From: Bacteroidota bacterium
GTDB lineage: Bacteria > Bacteroidota > Bacteroidia > Bacteroidales > JAAUTT01
DNA length: 64,000 bases
Assembly: GCA_020048915.1 (NCBI GenBank)
Contig: JAIFLU010000223.1
Location: 8,067-72,066, forward strand
Direction: 5' to 3'
Shown here: positions 27,344 to 36,446 of the stretch, piece after piece
Numbering within the stretch: the first letter of the stretch is position 1
How the letters are laid out: the number at the start of each line of letters is the position of its first letter
Notes under the pieces: model-generated
The model's database searches: none
Told to the model about the DNA's origin: nothing
Seen by the model: the letters and a program-made list of their open reading frames with translations, nothing else
Program-made: the position numbers and the translations under genes

Positions 27344-30300
27344 TCATTTAAATGTGATGTTTAAACCTACTGATAAGCCTCTTGGACTAGGTAGTGCCCA
27401 AACATCGTACCCTTCGCCACCAACACCTCCGGCCGCTGCCGATACCGTGTTTCCAACAGGATCAAGTCCTGAATAATTGGTCCAGGTAATCAAGTCGTTC
27501 CCTACTACAAAAACACTTGCGTTAGAGATAAGTATTTTTTGCAGCCAGCTGGAAGGGATATTATAAGATAACCTCAATTCCTGCAAATGCAGATAATTAA
27601 CATCATTTTCAATCCAATCCTCATCGCCACCTTCGTAAATTGATGCACCGTATGTTGTATAATTCACAGCGATAGTGTTTTTGGTAGGATTGGCGGTATT
27701 TTCGTTACCATCGGCCAGTACTCCATTAAAAACTACCGGTCCTTGTTCACGTAATTTTACTGATTCCCAACTGGTACCATAGGTCATCATGGTGCGTTTT
27801 GTTCCGTTTACTACCGAAGCCTTGTAACGGCCGGAGAACATTGCCGAAAGGTGAATACCTTTAAAGCTTAAACTGGTTGTTAACCCGAAACGCAATTTAG
27901 GCTCACGGTTCCCAATTACACTCCATTTAGAGTTTTTCATAGGTAAGCCAGTGGTGGGGGAAATTAAAATATCTCCCGCTTCGTTGCGCGTATATGCCAA
28001 ACCTGTTAGGGTAGTGACAGGATTTCCTACCATAATTCCATCGCGAATATTTCCGGAGTTCCATGTATACGCATCGTAATACTCGGTTACATTTTTAGGT
28101 AAACCAACTACTTCCGATTTGGTACCGGAAGCATTAACCCCAACATTCCAGCGGAAACCGTTTGCGGTTCGGATAACATCTCCGTCTACATGAGCTTCCC
28201 ATCCCCAGGTGTCGAACGACCCTACGTTCAGGTTATTTAACACAAAACCTGTGGCATAGCTCAAGCGAAAGCCCTTAACAATCTGATCGGTACACTCTGT
28301 CCAGAAATGAGTAAAGTCAACATTTAAACGGTCATTGAAAAAACGACCCTCGAAACCTATTTCTTTTGATGTTGTAATTTCGGGTCTAAGATTTGGATTT
28401 GGGCCTGTAAAACCGTATTTAAATCCGCCACCAGTTAACCCGGTAGCTTCTAATTGAGGATCGATACTAAGCGGGTCGGTATCCTTACCAACCTGCGCAA
28501 CCGATCCCCGGAGTTTCAAATATGTAATACTGTTGATATTTTTCACAAACGGAAGTTCGGAGAGGACAAATGAACCTTCGATGGCAGGATAAAAGAATGT
28601 CCTGTTTTTTACAGGAAGAGTCGAAGACCAGTCGTTACGTCCGCGAAGGGTAACAAAAGCCATATTGTTATAACCGAGTTCAAATTGACCTGAGAAAGCC
28701 TGAACTCTGCGTTTTGTGGTTGTTTGCTTTGACGACAGGGTTTTTGCATCGCAATTATTGATGGATTGGAAATCGGCCACTAAGAAGTTGGAACCAAACG
28801 ATGCCAGACGGTTTACCCCGTTTTCAACCTGGTGATAACCAACCTGAATGGCAACTGTAAATTTATTAAAGAGCTCTTTGTTATAACCGGCAAGAAGGTT
28901 TAATGTAGGATCGGAAAAGTTTGATTTTGCTATGTTATAAGTACCTGCTCCAGCATTATTTTTAAAATAGTAAGGGTGAATCGAGGTTTGAAAAGTTTGT
29001 GCCCCAACATCCCAACCGGCCTGAGCACGGATAAAAGCATCCCTGAAAGGTGTAATGTTAACCGCTGCCGATGATATGAAACGACTGGACTCATCGTAGA
29101 ATTTATTGTTATACAGACCAAATAAAGGATTCAGAAGATCGGTGTCCGTATAGTAAGCTGGCATACGCATATGGGAGCCATCCTCCTGAAGGTAATTCGA
29201 CATATCGTCAATGTTCGGCCAAATCATCGCCTTGAATAATGGCCCATCGGTTCCCCGGGGCGCTTTATTATTGGACGATTTAATATATTGCATAGACGAT
29301 TCGAAACTCATCCATTTGGTGATCTGAGCCTTACCTGAAAACGAAATGGTCATTCTCTTTAAATCGGTATTCTTTATTGTACCCGTATTATCGAGGAATG
29401 ATGCCGATCCACGGACAGAGATTTTTTCTGTTCCTCCCTCAGCCGAAATATTATGTTTAGAAGTAAAGCCGGTTTGCATTAAAGCATCAATATTATTGTA
29501 AGTTTTTGTTCCCTCGGGAAATAAACTACCATAATGTTTTGTATTATACCAGTTGGTTGTACCATAGGAACCATTGGCATATTTGTTCTGTATTTCCGGA
29601 AAATCGTACGATTTATCCCAACGGAACATATTGCTGTACGTTACCTTACCTTTACCAACCCCTCCCTTTTTTGTAGTGATAATGATGGCCCCGTTTGAAG
29701 CATCCGAACCGTAAAGAGCTGCTGCTGCTGCGCCTTTCAATACGGTCATCGACTCAATATCCTCGGGATTAAAGTCGTTTCCGCGCGACGAGAAGTCTAA
29801 GTTACGAACCGAGAATGCCGCTCCACCGTCAGCCAGGTTAACCGGGTTAAACGTAGAGTTATTCATTGCAATACCATCAACAACATATAAAGGCTGGTTA
29901 TTACCCGATATGGATGTAATACTGCGCAATACCACGGAAGTTGAAGAACCCGGGGCACCGCCACTTGAAGTAACGGTCATACCTGCAACGCGGCCCTGAA
30001 GAGCGGAGATAAAATTATCCCTACCCGATTCGCTAATTTCAGCGGCTTTTACATTCTGAACCGACGACCCAATGGTGCGGGCAACACGCTTCATCCCAAA
30101 CTCGGCTGTAACTACAACTTCGCCCAGGGTTTTCATGTCGGGAACCATGTGAACATCAATATTGGCTGTTCCTGCTACTACTATTTCTTCCGTTACAAAT
30201 CCAATGAAAGAAAAAACAAGCACTTGTCCGTTGGAGACATCGATAGAGTACTGACCATCTATATCCGATACTGTACCTATAGTTGTATTTTTAACAACTA

Positions 30301-30433
30301 TATTGACCCCTATAAGAGGCTCATTGGTTCCAGCATCCGTAATGTGGCCTTTAATGGCAACGTTTTGCGACATTGCGAATTGCGACAGCATTATCCCAAT
30401 TCCGGTTAAACACAAGAATAAAATTGTTCTCAT
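27344..30433 (-). CDS. SusC/RagA-family TonB-linked outer-membrane transporter
   Basis: Signal peptide. CarboxypepD_reg N-terminal extension (IKGHITDAGTNEPLIGVNIVVKNTTIGTVSDIDGQYSI). Plug motifs (LQGRVAGMTV, PLYVVDGI, VLKGAAAAALYGSDASNGAIIITTKKG). The barrel ends in ...NITFK. Confidence 0.9.
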   Translation of the reverse strand: MRTILFLCLTGIGIMLSQFAMSQNVAIKGHITDAGTNEPLIGVNIVVKNTTIGTVSDIDGQYSIDVSNGQVLVFSFIGFVTEEIVVAGTANIDVHMVPDMKTLGEVVVTAEFGMKRVARTIGSSVQNVKAAEISESGRDNFISALQGRVAGMTVTSSGGAPGSSTSVVLRSITSISGNNQPLYVVDGIAMNNSTFNPVNLADGGAAFSVRNLDFSSRGNDFNPEDIESMTVLKGAAAAALYGSDASNGAIIITTKKGGVGKGKVTYSNMFRWDKSYDFPEIQNKYANGSYGTTNWYNTKHYGSLFPEGTKTYNNIDALMQTGFTSKHNISAEGGTEKISVRGSASFLDNTGTIKNTDLKRMTISFSGKAQITKWMSFESSMQYIKSSNNKAPRGTDGPLFKAMIWPNIDDMSNYLQEDGSHMRMPAYYTDTDLLNPLFGLYNNKFYDESSRFISSAAVNITPFRDAFIRAQAGWDVGAQTFQTSIHPYYFKNNAGAGTYNIAKSNFSDPTLNLLAGYNKELFNKFTVAIQVGYHQVENGVNRLASFGSNFLVADFQSINNCDAKTLSSKQTTTKRRVQAFSGQFELGYNNMAFVTLRGRNDWSSTLPVKNRTFFYPAIEGSFVLSELPFVKNINSITYLKLRGSVAQVGKDTDPLSIDPQLEATGLTGGGFKYGFTGPNPNLRPEITTSKEIGFEGRFFNDRLNVDFTHFWTECTDQIVKGFRLSYATGFVLNNLNVGSFDTWGWEAHVDGDVIRTANGFRWNVGVNASGTKSEVVGLPKNVTEYYDAYTWNSGNIRDGIMVGNPVTTLTGLAYTRNEAGDILISPTTGLPMKNSKWSVIGNREPKLRFGLTTSLSFKGIHLSAMFSGRYKASVVNGTKRTMMTYGTSWESVKLREQGPVVFNGVLADGNENTANPTKNTIAVNYTTYGASIYEGGDEDWIENDVNYLHLQELRLSYNIPSSWLQKILISNASVFVVGNDLITWTNYSGLDPVGNTVSAAAGGVGGEGYDVWALPSPRGLSVGLNITFK

Positions 30434-30532
30434 TTCATTTTGTTTAAAGTTAAAAGTGAAGTTGAAGCATTTATAGTGGGCATTGTTGAGGCTTTTTTAT
30501 TTATTATAGTGAATTTCTGTTTTTATTCAATT

Positions 30533-31666
30533 TTATTTAATCTTCGTTATGCCAATCCCAGCCCTGTCGGGAAGGGTTACCTTTCCGTCGACGATTTTTA
30601 CGCCATCAAAAATATCATTGGAAATGAGTAAATTACCGTCCAAATCGGCCCAGTCTGTTAAGGGAGAAAGTTGGGCAGCGGCAGAAACTGCACAGGAGGT
30701 TTCGGTCATACAACCTATCATTACTTTCATCCCCCGGGCACGGGCTATATCGGCCATAATATGGGCAGCCCTTAAGCCACCGCACTTCATGAGCTTAATA
30801 TTTATTCCGCTGTAAATTCCGGAGACCGAATTAACATCGCTTACCGTTTGAACTGCCTCGTCGGCAATAATAGGCAATGGGCTGTTCATGGTCAGCCAGG
30901 CAATATTATCTTTTTCTTCTTTCGGCATGGGCTGTTCCACAAATACAACCCCTTGTTCTTTCAGCCAGAAAATCATATCCAACGCCTCTTTCTTATCTTT
31001 CCACCCCTGGTTTACATCCACACACAGAGGTTTGTTGGTGACAGTGCGGATTGTAGAAATCATCTCCTTATCGGTACTGCGTCCCAGTTTTACTTTCAGA
31101 ATTTTGTAGGGGGAAGCTTCGAGCACTTTTTCTTTCACCACTTCGGGACTATCAATTCCAATAGTAAAGGATGTATTAGGGGTATGTTGCGGATTCAGTC
31201 CCCAAATACGGAACCACGGTTGGTTCATGAGTTTCCCGACCAAATCGTGCAGGGCGATATCAACAGATGCTTTTGCCGCGTAGTTTCCGGGACTGATTTT
31301 GTCGACATAGGCCAAAATATCTTCCATAAAAAATGGATTGGAAAATTGGGAAAGATCAACCTGCTTTAAAAAATTACCCGCCGTTTCGTAGTTTTCTCCC
31401 AAATAGGGAGGCATAGATGCTTCTCCGTAACCAATTATGCCATCGTATTCAATCTCTGTAAGCATTACGGGAGTTGTTTTCCGGCTATTCGATGCCAGGG
31501 TAAACACATGCTTCAATTGAAGTTCGTATGGTCTGAACCGAAAAACCATTTTCGTGCTTTTATTTATAAAAAAATCGGCAGGTCCTCCTTTAATTATAGG
31601 CAATGCGCAGAGGGCGCTGCCGGTTATTAGTCCTGTGTTCTTCAAAAAGTCGCGTCGGTTTTTCAT
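30533..31666 (-). CDS. Dipeptide (L-Ala-D/L-Glu-type) epimerase, enolase superfamily, with twin-arginine signal
   Basis: MLE-subgroup catalytic pattern: KVKLG (KxK), DVNQGW, FVEQP, IIADE, NIKLMKCGG. The N-terminus MKNRRDFLKNTGLITGSALCALP fits the Tat consensus (S/T)RRxFLK. Confidence 0.8.
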   Translation of the reverse strand: MKNRRDFLKNTGLITGSALCALPIIKGGPADFFINKSTKMVFRFRPYELQLKHVFTLASNSRKTTPVMLTEIEYDGIIGYGEASMPPYLGENYETAGNFLKQVDLSQFSNPFFMEDILAYVDKISPGNYAAKASVDIALHDLVGKLMNQPWFRIWGLNPQHTPNTSFTIGIDSPEVVKEKVLEASPYKILKVKLGRSTDKEMISTIRTVTNKPLCVDVNQGWKDKKEALDMIFWLKEQGVVFVEQPMPKEEKDNIAWLTMNSPLPIIADEAVQTVSDVNSVSGIYSGINIKLMKCGGLRAAHIMADIARARGMKVMIGCMTETSCAVSAAAQLSPLTDWADLDGNLLISNDIFDGVKIVDGKVTLPDRAGIGITKIK

Positions 31667-31678
31667 TATGTCTTCATT

Positions 31679-32858
31679 TTAATACCAGGGATGGGTTTTG
31701 ATTGACCTGATTCCTTCGGTGTTTTCCGCTCCAATAATTCGCCTGACGTTTATGAGGCTTATTGAGCGGTACTGACTGTAATTTGTCCGGGTACTATCGA
31801 AACTATTAATTCGTACCCTCCCGGAAGAATGGATAAATTCAGAGTCTCCCAGATACATCCCTACATGTGTAATAGCTGGAGATTGATTGCTCGAGGAAGT
31901 ATGGCCAAAAAACAGCAAATCTCCCGGCAAAAAGTTTTTCCAATCTTTTTCAATAGGTATGTCTGTGCCATAATTTGCTTGTTGAGAAGCATCACGCGAA
32001 AGAATATACCAATTTAAAAAATAGACCGTTTTTGTATACCCACTGCAATCGGCCCCCTTTACAGAAGTCCCCCCCCCAGAGATAGGGTATACCTAAAATG
32101 TTTTCGGCAGTTCTAATCAGGTTTTCCGCTTTAATGCCATCGCTTCGCCGCCATGCTTCAAAATTGAGGACATCTTTCTGTTGAATTTTCCCAACCCTTC
32201 CATCAGGAAGGCGAACCAACACCTCTGTTCCTTTCAGGGAAGTTTGCTGAAGAATGCAGCCAGCCACAACATCGCTAACCGGTTTATTGCTTTTTAAATC
32301 GCTTACTATAGCAAATAAAGAAACAACGACTACCCTTTCAGAATTCTGCCATTGGGCCATTTCAAGGTGTTGTAAACCTGCATATGCATCTTTTTCACAC
32401 CAGGCGAGATACCCATCGGGGGTTTGAACAAAAGCCCAATCACTGGTTTCCTTCAAAATCTTCAAAGGAGTGCCCATCAAAGCCTGTGTGATCATTTCTG
32501 CATCGTGCGAAGCCGAAGACCTTAAGTTTGCAACGCTTAATGTAACCATTCCCCAGGGAGACAATACGTTGTCTGGCAAAACCAAAACACTATCGACCAC
32601 AGAATAAAGCGAATCCTGAAGCCGGGTAATTAAAGCATCAAGGGCTTTTTCATTATCTGTTTCGCCCTTTAATAATAATTTCTTCCCTCCCACTTTGGTT
32701 GCCGTAATGGAGAAAACACCCTCCCGGGAATCGGGTACAAATGTATTACCAACTTCCTGTATAATTTTATCGGGCGAATACTCCTCTACACAACTAATTG
32801 CGAGAATAATAGCTATGAATATGAATATTTTTAATGTAGGTAATTTCATTTGATTCAT
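31679..32858 (-). pseudogene. YkfC-like lipoprotein (2xSH3b plus NlpC/P60 gamma-D-glutamyl-L-diamino-acid endopeptidase) interrupted by a frameshift in a G9 tract
   Basis: ORFs 31992..32858 and 31679..31930 are the two halves of one gene. Reading with 8 rather than 9 G at 32069-32077 gives a continuous sequence: ...PYLWGGTSVKGADCSGYTKTVYF...LLFFGH...ITHVGMYLG..FIHSSG.... That sequence has the NlpC/P60 Cys and His residues and totals 392 aa. Lipobox at the N-terminus (LAISC). Confidence 0.8.
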
Positions 32859-32862
32859 TTAA

Positions 32863-32879
32863 AACATGTAATACATGTT
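32863..32879. promoter_or_regulatory. Perfect 8-1-8 palindrome AACATGTA-A-TACATGTT, a candidate operator
   Basis: It lies 5-21 nt upstream of the ykfC-like start codon at 32858. It contains the core TGTAATACA, which is also present at 55818-55826 and as its reverse complement TGTATTACA at 33167-33175. Confidence 0.35.
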
Positions 32880-33154
32880 AGTTGATTAAAAGATAAACTT
32901 ATTCTAAAAAAGACTGATACTTTTTAACTATTCTAAATTAAAATTTTTACCCCCATTCAATAAAAGCCTTTTGCCAAACTAGTAATCTATTTGACCTATT
33001 AACCCCTCAGATATATACTAATAATTAATTCTTACGTTTTAGATATTAAATAAATTTCTTGAAACATATAAAAGATGGATAATAAAAACTGGTTTTTTTT
33101 CTATCATCGAACATTTCATATAAATTGTATTGCTATTTTTCAGCATAAAAACTA

Positions 33155-33184
33155 AATTTGTAATGTTGTATTACATCTTACAAA
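33155..33184. promoter_or_regulatory. Nested palindromes ATTTGTAA...TGTAAT-N5-ATTACA...TTACAAAT, a candidate operator
   Basis: TGTAATGTTGTATTACA (33159-33175) is a perfect 6-5-6 palindrome. It is nested within ATTTGTAA (33155-33162) and TTACAAAT (33177-33184). It lies 50-79 nt upstream of the namZ ATG. Confidence 0.35.
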
Positions 33185-33233
33185 TATATTTTTTCCATTT
33201 ACAAAAACAAATACATAATACCAGTTTTTTAAC

Positions 33234-34463
33234 ATGAAAGCGAAATTTTTATTTTCTTCATTTTTATGCCTTTTTATATATTCCCAAGCTCAGGTAAAAT
33301 CAGGACTCGAAGTACTTACCTCCCATCAATTCCGCGAGCTAGAGCATAAAAAAATTGGATTGATTACCAATCCTACCGGTGTAGATCGGAATTTACACTC
33401 GACGATAGACTTGTTATTTGATTCGAAAAAAGTAAAGCTGGTTGCACTTTTCAGTCCGGAGCATGGTGTTCGGGGCAACTACGAAGCCGGAGAACATGTA
33501 GCAACTTACACCGATATCAAAACAAATTTACCGGTTTACAGCATCTATGGCGGAACCAATAAGCCCACCCCGGCGATGTTAAAAGGAATTGATATTCTCG
33601 TATATGATATTCAGGATATCGGATCGAGATCATATACTTATATCAGCACATTAGGATTAGCCATGGAAGCTGCGGCTGAAAACAATATTGAATTTATGGT
33701 GCTTGATCGTCCCAATCCACTGGGAGGACTAAAAATGGAAGGTTCGCTGGTCGAGCCCGGATTTGTATCGTTTGTAAGCCAGTTCCCTATTCCTTATATC
33801 CATGGCCTCACTATAGGCGAGCTGGCAACATATCTGAACGAAGAAGGGCTGCTTGCCAATAAAGCCAAATGTAAACTAACCGTTATAGAAATGAAGGGAT
33901 GGAAACGCTCCATGAACTTCGAAGAAACCGGATTGCCCTGGGTGCCATCGTCGCCACATATACCTTATGCTCACTCCCCTTATTTTTACCCTGTAACAGG
34001 AATACTTGGAGAATTATATGTAATGAATATTGGTGTTGGCTACACCTTACCTTTTCAATTGGTTGCAGCTCCCTGGGTGAATGCCGACAGTCTCTCGCAA
34101 AATTTAAATAACCTGAAACTGCCCGGCTTGATTTTTCGACCCATTCATTACAAACCCTATTACAGCACCTCCAAAGGGAAAATGATTCACGGTGTTCAAA
34201 TTCATATTGCTAATTTCGATAAAGCTCCTCTTTCGCTTGTTCAGTTCTATATCTTGCAGGGATGCCATACCCTTTGGCCTGACAAGAATGTTTTTGAACT
34301 ATGCGATTCGTCGAGGTTAAGCATGTTCGATAAAGTTTGTGGAACCGATAAAATCAGGACTGAATTTACGAAGACCTTTAAGGTGGATTCTATATTAACC
34401 GTTTGGTCGCAAGGATTGCAAGCGTATAAGCAAAACGCTCGGAAGTATTTTTTGTACAATTAG
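33234..34463 (+). CDS. namZ: DUF1343 / GH171 exo-beta-N-acetylmuramidase (NamZ-like)
   Basis: Signal peptide plus the hallmark DUF1343 motifs GLITNPTGVD, LFSPEHGVRGN, DIQDIGSRSYTYISTL and VLDRPNPLGG. Confidence 0.85.
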   Translation: MKAKFLFSSFLCLFIYSQAQVKSGLEVLTSHQFRELEHKKIGLITNPTGVDRNLHSTIDLLFDSKKVKLVALFSPEHGVRGNYEAGEHVATYTDIKTNLPVYSIYGGTNKPTPAMLKGIDILVYDIQDIGSRSYTYISTLGLAMEAAAENNIEFMVLDRPNPLGGLKMEGSLVEPGFVSFVSQFPIPYIHGLTIGELATYLNEEGLLANKAKCKLTVIEMKGWKRSMNFEETGLPWVPSSPHIPYAHSPYFYPVTGILGELYVMNIGVGYTLPFQLVAAPWVNADSLSQNLNNLKLPGLIFRPIHYKPYYSTSKGKMIHGVQIHIANFDKAPLSLVQFYILQGCHTLWPDKNVFELCDSSRLSMFDKVCGTDKIRTEFTKTFKVDSILTVWSQGLQAYKQNARKYFLYN

Positions 34464-35003
34464 AGGCTGTTTAAAAATGGAACAAAATTATTTTTTAACA
34501 CAGAGAAATCCGTTTTGATCTCAAAAAGAATTCTGTTCCTTGAAAAATAATGCTATTAAATAATTCAGGATATTGAGAAGGTACGGAGGGCTCAGAGTTT
34601 TAGAAATCGCTGGCGATTGCCCCTCCGTGACCTCTATGTCTTCACAAAAAACAACATCGATTAGTCGCTTTTTGTTATATGCCATCTCAATTGTTGCTTA
34701 AGATTCATAATCACTATTGTCCGGTAAAAAACAGGTCGCCGCTATGCGGCTTAGAGCCATTTGTTGTATTCGTTTGTCTACAAACAGGTCGCAGCTAAGC
34801 TGCTTTTTTTAGTCGTGTAGCGACGTCCTGTTTGTAGTAAAAAATATACCCGTCAAAAATAAACCCCAGCGGGGCGACCTGTTTGTAATCCGTTATATTA
34901 CAAGTTTTTGTAAGAATTAACAACTTTTTACCGGACAACAATGATTCATAATTAATTCTCTGTGTTAAATTTAAACAGTTTCTTCGTATCCTAAAAATAC
35001 TTT
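34464..35003. repeat. 540-bp composite of nested inverted repeats and REP-like units
   Basis: Outer inverted repeat: CTGTTTAAA...TTAACACAGAGAA (34467-34507) with TTCTCTGTGTTAAATTTAAACAG (34956-34978). Inner inverted repeat: ATTCATAATCACTATTGTCCGGTAAAAA (34703-34730) with TTTTTACCGGACAACAATGATTCATAAT (34925-34952). Four CTACAAACAGGTCGC-type units sit at 34728-40, 34778-92, 34820-37 (reverse) and 34874-87 (reverse), with adjacent GC hairpins. It lies between convergent genes. Confidence 0.7.
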
Positions 35004-36446
35004 TTATTTAATCCAGAGCACTGAATTTCCCGTGCCATGTTCATTCTCTTCCCAGAGCTTGTTGGTTGGATCGATTATCCATTTCCCATCAACTATATAT
35101 TTATATAAATGTTTCCCGGGTGACAGATAAACCGGAAAGGTCCATTTACCGTCCACTTTCACCATATGATAGCCATCCGTAACCCAATTATTAAAGTCGC
35201 CGGTAACTTTCACCTCGCGGGCATTGGGAAAAGCATCCAGCGAAAAAGTATAGTTCGGTTTAAAGGCAAGGCACGAGTTCACTTCACTCCCATTTCCAGT
35301 AGTGTAGAGGTTTGAAGGATCGGTCATCCAGCGCCCATCCACAATAAACTTGTACTCGTAATTGCCCGAAGCCAGCTTATAAGGCAGTTGCCAACCATTG
35401 GCGGTTTTTTCCATCATCAACTCATTGGGAGCCCAATTATTGAAATTCCCGGCCAGGAATACTCTTTTGGCATCAGCAAATCCTGTTAACTGAAAAACGT
35501 TTTCTTCACCGGTTCCAATTACCGAATTTTCATTTCCTTTTCCGTCCTTACGGCTATTATTGTTGTTGGGGTCTGTTATCCATTCATCGTCCACCAGGAA
35601 TTTATAGGAATACGTACCATCTTTCAGATACAATGGCAACGACCATCCTTCAGAATTAGGTGACATTCTTAGTTCTTTCCTGTTCCAATTGTTAAAGGTA
35701 CCTGCAACAAATACTTTCCGCGACTTCTGGTATCCCTTTAACAAAAATTGAAAGTTTGGACAATACACGACGGAATTATCATTTCCAGCTCCATCGTTCT
35801 CAATCAGCTTATTATTCGGATCGGTCATCCAATTCCCATCTGCAATATATTTGTACAAATATTTGCCTTCGAGCAATGGAAGCTTTACCACCCAACCCGA
35901 ATCGGCCTTCTCCATGGGTTGCTGATTGGGATCCCAGTTATTAAAAGATCCGGCTATATAAACCTTTTTGGATCGCTGAAATCCGGGCAGAAAGAATTGA
36001 GCCTCGCCATTCTGATATTGAAAATTTTGAGGTTTATTAAAATTATTTGCACCATAAATTACTTTTTCCTGATCTACATATCCGGGAGCCACCTGCCAGT
36101 TATCGTCAAACAAAAAAACATCGTTTACATTAAAATGAAAAACAGGTTTATTTTCGATGACTTTTGATAATTCGACTTCCGACTCCGAAATATGGCTGAC
36201 TTCCCAGGAAACACTATCGAGCATAACCTCTGAAACAGCTGAGTTTATTTTTTGCCAAACAGTGCTATCCAGTTTAAAGAGCTTCTCGACCTCTGTTTTC
36301 TGCGCATCCGTCCAACGCAAATCGAGTAAGATTAATATCTTTCCGTTCTCGACCCGGGTAATAGCCGAGGGATCAAATTGCGCCCAACTCGTTGCCGAAA
36401 TCGCAAAAAAGACAAAAAACATTATGTACTTTCTTAAAAATCTCAT
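35004..36446 (-). CDS. Secreted protein with four tandem AMPK-beta/CBM48-like glycan-binding domains
   Basis: Signal peptide. Four repeats follow the pattern V(Y/F)(I/V/L)AG.FNNW.....M.....GW...L.L..G.Y.YK(Y/F)(I/L)(A/V)DG.W..DP.N, which is typical of the AMPK1_CBM/CBM48 family. Confidence 0.7.
   Translation of the reverse strand: MRFLRKYIMFFVFFAISATSWAQFDPSAITRVENGKILILLDLRWTDAQKTEVEKLFKLDSTVWQKINSAVSEVMLDSVSWEVSHISESEVELSKVIENKPVFHFNVNDVFLFDDNWQVAPGYVDQEKVIYGANNFNKPQNFQYQNGEAQFFLPGFQRSKKVYIAGSFNNWDPNQQPMEKADSGWVVKLPLLEGKYLYKYIADGNWMTDPNNKLIENDGAGNDNSVVYCPNFQFLLKGYQKSRKVFVAGTFNNWNRKELRMSPNSEGWSLPLYLKDGTYSYKFLVDDEWITDPNNNNSRKDGKGNENSVIGTGEENVFQLTGFADAKRVFLAGNFNNWAPNELMMEKTANGWQLPYKLASGNYEYKFIVDGRWMTDPSNLYTTGNGSEVNSCLAFKPNYTFSLDAFPNAREVKVTGDFNNWVTDGYHMVKVDGKWTFPVYLSPGKHLYKYIVDGKWIIDPTNKLWEENEHGTGNSVLWIK

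Noticed and set aside
31679-32858. Treating 31679-31930 (83 aa) and 31992-32858 (288 aa) as two independent genes.
   Set aside because: The downstream ORF begins (with a non-ATG start) in the middle of an NlpC/P60 domain, and the upstream ORF ends just before the catalytic Cys. A 1-nt change in the G9 tract joins them seamlessly, so I annotated a single frameshifted gene.
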